From Octopus bimaculoides (taxonomy: Eukaryota): a stretch of 64,000 nt of DNA. This document shows, one piece after another, positions 36,751 to 47,859 of the stretch. The position numbers and the translations under genes are program-made. Position 1 is the first letter of the stretch. Each line of letters starts with the position of its first letter. The DNA lies in assembly GCF_001194135.2 (NCBI RefSeq), contig NC_068985.1:16718848-16782847 (forward strand). The letters run 5' to 3'. Under the pieces are notes generated by a model. The model ran no database searches, had not been told where the DNA came from, and saw nothing but the letters and a program-made list of their open reading frames with translations.

Positions 36751-38041
36751 GTAAGATGTATATCTTGCAAGCATCTAATCGTTGTATGAAAGGCTGCAAT
36801 TAATCTTCCAGTTCGGTTTTCACAGAGAGACATTTTAAACATATTTTCACTGCATTTCACACCTAATTTACACCAAGTTAAACTTTCCAATGAAGACATT
36901 CCTATTTTTCGAGATAGAGATTAAAAATAAAAACTATGTAATCTCTATATATCTTTTAGTTTTCTCCCGTTCTAAAAACACGTACTGTCTCATAGTTATA
37001 CATATATTTATATATCTTTCACAATTTTATGTTGACGCTTTCTTCAAGTACGCCAAACTAAGTTTATTTCTATCTATATACTTCAAAATTATCTTTATTA
37101 ATTAAAATATATAATTACAATGACCAACACCACATTACTTAGAAATGTGAGAGAGAGAGAGCTTTTGTTACATCAGCAATTTAGCAGGCCGGCTTCATTT
37201 ATTGAACGTGTTGCTCCTAATTTTTTTTATTTATCACCGTTTACTCCATGAAACCCCCCCCCCCAAAAAAAAAAACAACCTAATGCTAAATCAGATACAC
37301 ACACATATATTGCATGTGTGTGTGTGTGGTGGATATATATATATATATATATATGACGGAGCGTATACTTTAAACTTCCTTTTAATGAGGGGGTAAAAAT
37401 GTCAAAAATGCTAGCACCATATATAATCTATCTATCATTTATATCAACCAAGTAAATTAATTTCCTTTCTCTCTGACCGGTATTTCTTGTATAAAGTTTC
37501 TTTTAATGATGTCACACTACTTGGTACCCAGTAGCCACATAAGTGATAGTCTGAGAATATTTTTTCCTCTCATTCTTCGGGCGTGTTCTCTTAACGGCTT
37601 TCCTGTAGCTATATTTTTAGTTGCCGCCAGCTATATGACCGCATTCTCTTACATTAAAAATCCTGTTATTTGCTTAATGGAGTTTCTTACACCGAAAGTC
37701 ATGAATTATTTTCACACAGTTCCACTTTTTTTCATTTGGTTTCAACGACAGATTTCGATAATTAAACATTAATTGTAGAGTTCTTCAAAGACTGTTTGGT
37801 AAACACCATGAAATTGAATTGGTTATGTCTCACAGTCGAGGACTAGATTTTCCCTTTACCGATTATCCTCTCTATTGAAGGGGAAAAAAATAAATTAACA
37901 AAACAAGAGTTTACATGACTCATCTGGTTGACACCTTTCTCTTTAAGTTGACATAGTTAACAACATTGATAAGTTTATTGTGCAACAGAGTACATCATTT
38001 GTCACGGTTCATTTATAATTACCAAAGTGCTTCTCATTTAG

Positions 38042-38133
38042 TATTATGGCGATGACACAAGGAATCGTATCAGTTTTTATGTCAATTTTAAAATTTAATA
38101 ATCCAAGTATTCATAATTATATCTTTAAAATAT
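38042..38133 (+). CDS. Candidate exon IMAMTQGIVSVFMSILKFNNPSIHNYIFKI
   Basis: ttctcatttag acceptor and GTAATG donor; phase 2-1. Confidence 0.3.
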
Positions 38134-39244
38134 GTAATGAAAAGTCTTACTTTTGACTCGAAATGTTTATTTTTAATCATTGTGTAATGAATTTATGAAC
38201 TTTGACGTTATTACTAAATTGAAAGAACAGTTTCTTTGAAGATTTAGTTCTTAGGGTTCCATTATTGCCATATGTTGGTCTACAGAGCAGAGTACCGAGT
38301 TCTTGCTTTTATGCTGGAATGTTAGTGGTGTTGGTATTATATCCTATAATATAACCATAATTTGTCAGAAGTGAAATATTTTACTTGGAAATCGGTTTAT
38401 AAATTAATATTCCATTCGAATTATGAAGAGAACTATTTTTGTGTGTGCGCTTTCATAATTATAAATATATACGATTTTATAAATGCAATATCTTGATGTC
38501 GTCAAATATCTTATTCAATGTGAATTAGAAAAATATAAGCAACAGAAACATCAGATTTAAAATGCTAGAAATGTTTATAATTAGATTTTGCTTCACTTCA
38601 TAAAATAATATAGAGATGTCTTTAATTTTAAAAATCATTGGTTGTGAATAGATTTTCATTTCTTTCTTGACCAAATTATGTCATTTCTATACTACATAAA
38701 ACTAAGTTTGTAACTCAACAGCTGATTCCATCTTGGGCTGATACCCCTTCTTTGGACTGTCCCCCTTGTTTAGACTAGAAACTCCTTGAGAAATAAAAAC
38801 ATGGGAAAAGAAAATTAGACTAAATTATCTCCTTTTTTAGTAAACTTTTTCTATTTATGATTGAATAAATCTGTAATGATAGCTGCACTGGCAACGAGAG
38901 AGAGAGAGAGAGAGAGAGTCTCAATATTTCACCAATTGTGCATTTCAAGTGTTTCAGCCAAAGTACTTTCTTGGTCAGTTTATTTTGTTGCTAAAATTCA
39001 GCTGAGAGTATAACTCACCTGAGTCCCTAATTCAGAGTTTCTTTTTTTTTTCTCTCAGCAATGATCAGTATAGCATATTTCTATTGTATTATTTGGATTA
39101 TTTCCATGATTTTTTAACTGTTTATTCTTTTTAGGAATTCCTCTTAGATCAACAACTCCATGAATGATTCTTTTTGAATAATACACATTTTATATTTAGC
39201 CTTTGAAAATTAGGTTTCTACAAATATATATATATATATATATT

Positions 39245-40850
39245 TGTTCTGTGCATGAGATATATATGCTGTGTCTATTATATTATTTTGCTCTTATATT
39301 AAGATGTTGGCACAACTTAGGCTTGTAATACTGCATCTCTCTATAAATCTTGAGCTTAGCTTGTCTGCGAGGCCAAATCTTCTTAGGCCATTTTAACTAT
39401 TTCCTAAGTCTTTCTTGGTATATCTATGAACCTTGGTTTTCCCACCAATTTTTCATTTAACATGCATTATCCATTTTCATACTAACTCAGTCGGTGACCT
39501 CACTTTTGTCAGACTTTCTCTGCTGGCATGTATTTGACTGGAGTAAAACATGTGAACACTAGGTTTGTTGTTGTCAGATTTCACCTCATCACTTTCTCTG
39601 GTGTTTTAAAGTTATTTCTACTGTGGATATCATCTGTCCTTCATTCATTTACATTCTTAAGAAGCAGTTGTTCTTCCTTCCTTATGTATACTGAAGTAGT
39701 TGTCGTTTGTAAACTTATTAGCAAATACACTATCACTTTTTCAACTTCTGTCTGTTTTCTCAATATGCCACATTCTGTGAACCTTACTCCATCTGCTGCA
39801 GAGCCTCTACTCTATTCTCTATGTAATATACTTCGCATATGTTGGTCTCATTTAGTTTTTGCATGTAGAGAGGTCTTGCACTTGTCTCAACATCCATTGT
39901 GTAGGCTTAACCAGTTCCTCTCGGTGTACCTACTCTCCCAATGACATCTCAAGCCATTTCACATTACAAAGTCTGTAGTGTTAGTCAGGACAAGCTCTGA
40001 TTTGAAAACTTTTAGCTGTCTTTTAAGTTTCTCATCATAATGATGGTGTGAATGGAATTAAGATCACCAAAATGGAGAAGAAATAAGTACCTAGTTAAGA
40101 CCTGTCTTGATTTGTATCAAGGTTTCTTGAAATTTCAGTTTTGATAACAGAAAGTCTTTCTCAGGACTAGTGTACTGCACTCTTACTCTTCTAAAGTTGT
40201 TTGAAAGGATTGCATGCTTTTGTTGATATTGTTGTTTAGCTTCAGGTCAGGCCTGACTAAGCAAATCTGATCAAAAGCTTTACAGTTATGATCAGCCAGT
40301 GTCTTTTTTTTTTTTCAAGACGATAAAGTGTGATTTGAGGGACTATTTTGGAATTTCATAACCTTCATTTCCATTTTTGCTGCCTTGTATTGTGATTCTA
40401 GTGCATCTAGTTTCCTATCTGACTGCAGTATATCTCATCTTTTGTGTACTTACCTACTTCTTGCATGCTGAGCAAAGTGTATGCACTGTTATTCAACAGT
40501 AAACTAGACTTTGTCATGCTAACATTTTCAGGGTTTAAAAAAATTGTTTTGTACAGTTCAATAGATCCTGTTAAGAGAACTAGGTCATTAGCATAACATT
40601 TCATGAGCAATCAGTTTGTAACTTTTGGGGGATTGCCTTAAGCAAAATGAGAAGCCTTTTGAGGAGCTGACTCTGATGGATACTAACGTGTACACTGACC
40701 TCACTGCCTATCCTGATCTTACTCTAGCTTACTCAGACATAACCTATTTACAAATCACACCCTTTAACCACACCTTGCTTCGTCACTGACCACAATACTA
40801 CTCGATATAGGCTGTGTTCCATACTTTATTTAGGTCAGTGAGTGTAAAGT
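39245..40850 (-). mobile_element. Decayed RTE-type LINE (RT to 3' end)
   Basis: Minus strand shows vestiges of VxVxQxSAP...LLILLKAI and KCYANDLVLL (YADD); 3' end abuts (TA)n at about 39225-39243; interrupted by smaller repeats. Confidence 0.65.
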
Positions 40851-40904
40851 AGAATTATTACTATTTAGATAAGAACTTCTGAAATATGGCAACTGCATTA
40901 TATT

Positions 40905-41272
40905 TTATCTTTTACTTGTTTCAGTCATTAGATACATTTTCGGTCAGTCAAATGTATCAACCCCAGTACTTGTATCTTAAAGCCTGGTACTTCTATCAGT
41001 CTCTTTTGCTGAACTTTTGTGAACATAAACACACCAGTGCTGGTTGTCAAGTAGTGTGGTGGAACAAAGACACATTTATTTATATATGTATAGACACACA
41101 CACACATACACACAACGGGCTTCTTTCAGTTTCCATCTACCAAATCCACTCACAAGGCTTTAGCTGGCCTGAGGTTATAGAAGATATTTGCCCAAGGTAC
41201 CACACAGTGGGACTGAACCTGGAACCATGTGGTTGAGAAGCAAGCGTCTTAGCACACAGCCTTGCCTGCATC
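40905..41272 (-). mobile_element. SINE family A, reverse
   Basis: Reverse-complement match to family head and tail. Confidence 0.8.
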
Positions 41273-41410
41273 TATATATTCAAGTTAACTTTCAACCTTC
41301 TCTAATTTTTCTTTGACAGTTATAATTTACGATTTACACTTCTAAAGACTTCCCCCTCCCCCTCTCCTCAACTGAAGTAATAGCCTACAGATCCATTACA
41401 CCCTTGTAAA

Positions 41411-41680
41411 TCTGACAAAAGTGAGGTCACCAACTGAATGAGTGATAATGGATAATGCATGCTAAATGAAAAACTGGTGGGAAAACCAATCTTCATAGAT
41501 ATACCAAGAGAGACTTAGGAAATAGTTAAAACAGCCTAAGAAGATTTGGTCTCACAGACAAGCTAAGCTCAAGATTTATAGAGAGATGCAGCATTACAAG
41601 CCTAAGTTGTGCCAACATCTTAATATCATAAGAGCAAAATAATATAATAGACACAGCATATATATTTCATGCACAGAACA
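41411..41680 (+). mobile_element. Second copy of the same LINE 3' end, inverted relative to 39245-39513
   Basis: Manual alignment gives about 90% identity over about 270 bp. Confidence 0.85.
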
Positions 41681-41681
41681 T

Positions 41682-41721
<40 letters not shown>

Positions 41722-41722
41722 G

Positions 41723-41878
41723 TGTGAGAAGGGATGACCACTAAGTGGACATCCTTTATGCAAGAAATCGACCATCAACAGTCAAACCACAAAAGCCATT
41801 CTTTTCTTTTGTGGTTTGACTGTTGATGGTTGATTTCTAGCATAAAGGATGTTCACTTAGTGGTCATCCCTTCTCACA
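41723..41878. repeat. Near-perfect hairpin, 73-bp arms and 10-nt loop
   Basis: 41723-41795 versus 41806-41878, 3 mismatches. Confidence 0.95.
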
Positions 41879-42069
41879 TGTAATGTAATATTTTTCTGAA
41901 TTTTCTTTATGCTAGGCCACTGGTCTTAAATTGGTTAATTAAATTAATATCCAATTTATCACCTTTATTATATATATATATATGACTGCTATTTCTAAAT
42001 TTTCAGTATGTTGGAGAAGCAACTCAATTGCTAATCCCTGTATATTTATAATGATAAATAGTTTATATA

Positions 42070-43600
42070 TATATATATATATAAAACAATGCATCCTCTT
42101 CTCCAAATCACAACATAGATTCAGATCTCTATATTCAATCACAACCCTACTCACAAATCTGCAAAATGCTTCCACATGTGCCAGTATACCTCCCATTAAC
42201 ATTAAGCAATGCTTTCACCTCTTTTTGCTGCTAGACAAAAATACTATCTGTAAAACACAAAATGCTGAGTAACAACTGACCTGTCAAAGCCAACAAGTAT
42301 ATAGTGTACAAGAACACCACAACACTTCCAGAACTTACAAATTTCCCAAATGTAGTGCTATTTTCAACCTATACTTTCTTGACATTCCCACTTTCAACAA
42401 AACACAGATAGCCTTATACACAAATAATTTTATATTCACATCCTCTGACCATTCTTCAGACACTTTTGTACAACTACAGCTCTACATAAATTGCCTAGAA
42501 ACTGGTTTCTATAACAAGTTTAATGTAACACCTCCCAAATTCTTTGTCTTTTTGTTTTATTGTCAGCAACATCAAAGAGTATCAAATACACCCAACCATC
42601 AGACCCAATGACAAACATGCATTCATATGTTATCATCATCATCATATCACAATTGTTTTAATGTTTACTTTTCCTGCACGGTCAGATGGAATTTGTTGAA
42701 GTGGATTTATTATGCCCTGATGCTCTTCCTGTTGCCAACCCTCACCTTTTTCCAAGTAAAGTGGTATTTCCCCATGACAAGACATGTTTTTTTATGGAAG
42801 ATTGGAAACAAAAGACACTGCTTGCATGCCAGTAATGTTTGTTTACAACCATCACATCATCTCAAGGCAAAGAGACAGTAATGCACACACACACATATAA
42901 TTACACATAGACAATAGGTTTCTGTCGACCAAATCCATTCACAATTCTTTGGTAGGCCCAGGGTTATTGTAGAAGACACTTGTTTAAAGTGTCATGCAGC
43001 ACAACTAAATCTAAAACCATGTGGCTGGGAAGCAAACTTCTTACTAGATAGCAGCTCTGGTAAAGATAACAAAACAGTGTACAAACATGAGTAACACGTT
43101 TGACCTACAGAAACAAAAATAATGGTGACTACATTGCCTCTATTGATCTTGTCATAACTTACTCAAATATAATCTGATTTACAAACACAAGCCATTTAAC
43201 TACACCAGGCTGTGGCTACAAAAGTGTACATTAGATCCACCATGAACTATGCTTGCTCTACTTAGGCTTCAACCTCCATAATCACAAAACACAAAACAAA
43301 ACAATATGCATCATGACAGCTTGTGTGCAGCCCACCTACACAAAATACTTAAAATGAAAGACCATCTGGACATGTCTTCTTTAGAGTTTATTGCTGCATC
43401 AAACTCTGCATGGAAAACCACATTTAAACACCCATACACATGTACAATATCTTAGAGCACTACAACAGCATCCTAAAATCGGCCACTCAGCTTAGATAAA
43501 TCTCAATACACATTTGCACATGAAAATAGCTGCAACATTGTGATGGGATGTACACCACCAACAATAAATGCAGAATAACTGCAACTATTACATTCTGGTT
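42070..43600 (+). mobile_element. Highly decayed LINE RT (I/Jockey-like)
   Basis: Vestiges SQHRFRSLYSITTLLTNL (QHGFR...STTT) and CGYKSV..; A/C-rich sense strand; interrupted by SINEs at about 42630-43045. Confidence 0.5.
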
Positions 43601-43890
43601 AAGTCCACCTTATATGCTTATGCTGTACTCACAACTAGTGTGTATGGACATGCAAGAATTGTGAACAGTAGAGAGGGTGTAGTATGTCCCAATTGACATG
43701 TGTGCCATTGGGATTGATCATTGCTTGTTAGAGTGTGTAGTACAGTCCTCAGCTAAATAGAAACCTGGTGTAATAGGAAAGCTAGATCTTTGGGCTGTGT
43801 GTTGTCATTGTCAATTACCTGTGTGGTATAAAACTGCTTGATCAGGGTTCATCTGGGGCTAAAGATCAACAACAATAGCAACCAAGTTAA

Positions 43891-44107
43891 CCCTTTTGAT
43901 GCCAACCCGCCTGAAACTACCTCTGGCTCTAGTACAAATGTCTTGTTTTCAAAAGTCCTGTATTAAAATCTTCCAAACCTTAGTCACAATTTATGTTCCT
44001 AACACTAGCTTAATGATAACTAAGTTATTTTACTAATTTCTTGATTATGTTTAAAATTAATTGAAAGAAACACAGAGCATCTCAACAGAAATATGGTAAC
44101 AAAAGGG
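43891..44107. mobile_element. piggyBac-type MITE (family 2)
   Basis: TTAA|CCCTTTTGATGCCA ... TGGTAACAAAAGGG|TTAA; degenerate relative at about 58714-58945. Confidence 0.85.
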
Positions 44108-44497
44108 TTAACCAATCTCTGGCTGCATTCTAGTTATTTACTTGAAACACATCAAGACTTTTCTATATCTTCTGTGCGATTCTTTTCATTGTCTCTAAGG
44201 GTAAGTGCTTCCATATCATTTCCTAATGAACTTATTCATAAAGATATGCAGTCTTGCAATTCTGTTTTCCATCTGAACCTTGTATTATTTGGCATTTTTT
44301 GAGGAAGTTTGATGTTTAGTTTTCTAATCAGTTTCTAGGTATTGTTCACTTATTTTACGACTTTACATTCCTTTCAAGATTGTCTCTTATTTTTTGTTGC
44401 TCTATCTTCTATACTTTTCCTATTACCAAGTTACCTTCTTCTTGACTGAGACTATGTTCTGGCTACAGCATTGCTTGGGGACAAGTTGTTCATTCTT

Positions 44498-44718
44498 TTG
44501 TCTAAAACAGTGGTTCTCAACTGTGTTCCATGTAAGATTTTGTTAAAGTTTATGAGCAATAAATTGGTTATACTTCTACAAAACACAAAATATTAAAAAA
44601 TTTTTTTATATACAATTCCTAATTATGAAAATGTTTTTTTTTTTTATAAACATGTGGGTCCAGTAGAGTAAAATAGTAATCAATGGAGTCCATAGGCAAA
44701 AACGGTTGAGAACCACTG
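44498..44718. mobile_element. hAT-Charlie (MER5-like) MITE
   Basis: TIR CAGTGGTTCTCAAC / GTTGAGAACCACTG; 8-bp flanks GTCTAAAA and GCCTAGGT, a decayed NTCTAGAN-type TSD. Confidence 0.8.
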
Positions 44719-45147
44719 GCCTAGGTCAGTCTTTGTTGGGTTTTATGAATTATCTCCTGAGGAATCTTGATCCTGATGAAGTGCGACTATGTTTCCAGCT
44801 GAATACTCTAAAAGCAGCTAAGTGTTTTACAAATTGCTCTATAATGCAGAACAAAAGATAGCAATTGAAAATTCATCAAATGTAAGATGTTCAATCCTTT
44901 TGTTAGTTTTTCTTTTTGAGGAATTTTCATAAAATTTCATAACTGTTTGGATGTGCTTTTCTTTGCATGTTGAGGGAGGGAAAACTTAATGATTAAGGAT
45001 CAAGGTTTACTGACCAAACTCTTCCATTTGTATTGTACACTTAAGATTAATTCCATTTGCTCAATTTAACCTTAGATGAGCAAGAAGCAACATGGAAATG
45101 CTTGAAATCCATTTTAAATTACTACCTCAGATATTTTATATTTGTAG

Positions 45148-45431
45148 GAATGTATTGAAATTGCTTCAGTGTCTCTTTTTACATACATCAGAGAAATAGA
45201 TTTCTATTATTCACAATGGTGGACTTTGTATTGTGAAGAAAAACCTTGTTTTAAGAAATGCATGAAATCCTTAAGCAAAACATATCTTCATTTTGTAGCA
45301 TGGATTCCATTTCATATAATTGTTAAGAACAGTTTCAGTGATTTATTTGTTCTGTATATGTCCAGTTTTAAGCATTCTGTAGACATATCCCAGAGGAGAG
45401 AGGAAAACATATCAAATAGCAATGAGGTTCA
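45148..45431 (+). CDS. Probable coding exon, unidentified protein
   Basis: ttttatatttgtag acceptor; 94 open codons ECIEIASVSLFTYIREIDFYYSQWWTLYCEEKPCF...NSNEV; GTAATT donor, phase 0-2. An open frame this long is unlikely by chance in DNA this AT-rich. Confidence 0.55.
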
Positions 45432-46378
45432 GTAATTTATGTGTATTGCCACTATGATCAACATGTTAATTTTCTCTTTGGTTAAGCAGAATAATTAGTA
45501 ATTTAGTGAAATGAATTTTTAAAAAATATAAAAGTAATATATATAATAGCAAATTCCCATGTTTCACATGATAGAATGTGGAGTGGAAATTGTAAAATAC
45601 TTTTATGCTTGAATTTCATTTAAGCATGGGCATGGCTGTGTAGTAAGAAGTTTGCTTCCCAGCCACTTGATTTTGGGTTTAGTACCATTGTGGGTTATCT
45701 TAGGCAAGTGTCTTCCACTATATCCCTGGCCAACCAAAGCCTTGTCAGTACATCTGGTTGATGGAAACTGAAAGGAGCCCATAGTGTGTGTTACATTCTC
45801 CTTGCCTTGAGATCATGTGACAGTTGTCATCATTATGCAAATTGTGCCTTTCGTTACTAATCTTCTGTGAAAATGTTTGGATACCAGGAAATATTACCCC
45901 ACTTGGAAACAAGTGCAGGTTGGCAACAGGAAAGGTGTCCAGCTGTAGAAAATCTGACTCAACAAATTCCATCTGACCTATACAAGCTTAGAAAAGTGGA
46001 TGTTAAAATGATTATGAAAATATCTTTAAAGGAAGGCATCATCAAAAGGATGAGTGATTTTCTTTCCTATTGTTGGATTGTTTAATTTAACAAAGTTCCT
46101 GAAATAGACAATAGCATTACTCATTAGTGCACTTACCACCATTCGTTGTCAACTGGATATTATCTTATAATTTGGGTTGACTGTTCTATCTATAGTTGTG
46201 TATGTCGTTAATTAAAATATTGGCATTGAATTACTCTTAGTCATAGTGAACAGAAAAAGAAAAGTTTTGATTGGTAGTGGTTGATGAAGAATTTGTTGGT
46301 GGAAATTGAGACATTTAACTAAATAGTGCAAGCCACTACTGTCAGTAGAACCAAATAAATTAGGTACCACTGTTTTAG

Positions 46379-46432
46379 TTCTTTGTTGCATTACATGAGC
46401 ATCTGTTCTGATGTCTCAGTAGCTGCCTTGAA
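46379..46432 (+). CDS. Probable exon (H)SLLHYMSICSDVSVAAL
   Basis: ctgttttag acceptor and GTGAGT donor; phase 2-2. Confidence 0.5.
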
Positions 46433-47304
46433 GTGAGTGTGTCCATTTTGTTTTATAAATTCAGATTACTTATTTTTGGAAATTTTTGATTAACAGATCT
46501 GGACATTAAAGACTTAACCCAGCCTTATTTCAACAGGTCATATATAGTCAGGCTACAGGTTATATGAAAAAAAAAATGCATTAGAAATACAACATAAATC
46601 ACATAAGTACACAAATATTTAGTTTTTTATTGGGTTTACTAGAAGTGCAAAATACATTCAAGTACCAAACAGATTTGTAGAAAGAATTTTTCTTATTGTT
46701 TTTAGCTATTGACTTTTACATCAATATTACTTCCAATTATGTAACTAAATGGAGATTATCGATATTAATGTATATTCTACATCAGATTTTGTGCTTGTTT
46801 GAATTTCAAATTAGGTACTTATAGTGAATTATGAAGTCAGTTTAGTTTTCTCAAATGCTAGAAGATATTAAGCCAATAATTTTCCCGTTTTCTTATAGAA
46901 AGTTCAAAACAATGAGTGTGCCTGAAAGTAGACTGCTTAATATGTAACTTGAGCTTAAATATTAGCAAAAAAAAATTTTGAAGAAAAGATGGAAGTCACA
47001 TCTTGAAAGTAGTTATGAGCTGTATAGAAATTAAGATAAGTATTGTGAGGATTTTTACAGGAACTTGCCAGCTATTTATAGAAAATATTAAGATTGTACC
47101 CTGAAAAGATAATGATAATTTTCTCGAAAAAGAACCTGGTAAAAAAGATTAGTCCTAGACAATAAAATAGACCTTTTAATATAATTATTCATTTATGCTT
47201 GCTCTTAGCTGACATAGAGTAAATAACATGATAATAATGAAATAAAAAATAAAATACACAGTTGAATATCACAATTTGCTGAACAATAGCATCATTCATT
47301 GTAG

Positions 47305-47368
47305 GTTTCTAATGAGCCAGTTACTGGTTCACTGTGTTTCCAATGGCAAGAATGGCATGGAAGTGTCT
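47305..47368 (+). CDS. Probable exon (K)FLMSQLLVHCVSNGKNGMEVS
   Basis: cattcattgtag acceptor and GTAACT donor, phase 2-0; the frame stays open to 47479, so the donor is uncertain. Confidence 0.4.
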
Positions 47369-47536
47369 GTAACTCAGTGCAGAACAAATATCGCAAGGGA
47401 CTTTGTGCAAGGGGAACTGGCTTTTTGTTTTCTCACTGTTGTCTGTATTCTTTGCCAGTGTACAAATGCACACAAATATTAAATCACATTTAATATTCTT
47501 CAGAAATTTTTAAATTCATTCTTTTAAGTCTACAAG

Positions 47537-47600
47537 TCTACCTATCTCTCTGTATTCATTGATGAAATCGATGCTCTGTGTTCTATCTCTCCAATTAAAA
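47537..47600 (+). CDS. Probable exon STYLSVFIDEIDALCSISPIK
   Basis: GTATGT donor at 47601; two possible acceptors (47528, 47536); contains a Walker-B-like FIDEIDALC. Confidence 0.5.
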
Positions 47601-47859
47601 GTATGTGGTCTTTAAGCTTCTTGAGTCTTCATTAAGAAAATAGAGAGAAAGGTTTTATAGATGCACAAATTTGGGAGGAAATAAGATAAGCAGATGATTA
47701 CAATTATTATTAAGCAGATTGCTAAATTTTTTTTTTTCCAATGCTCTAATGGTTCTACCAAAGTACATCCAGTCCATGCTATAAAGTGGTTAGTGATAGG
47801 AAGGACACTAGACTAATACAACCATGCCAAACCATAAGCCTCAGTCAGATACAACGAAA

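Larger units (their letters stand above)
34400..37800. other. CpG-retaining (probably unmethylated) zone
   Basis: CG dinucleotides are visibly frequent in unique sequence here but scarce in unique sequence elsewhere; judged by eye, not counted. Confidence 0.6.
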
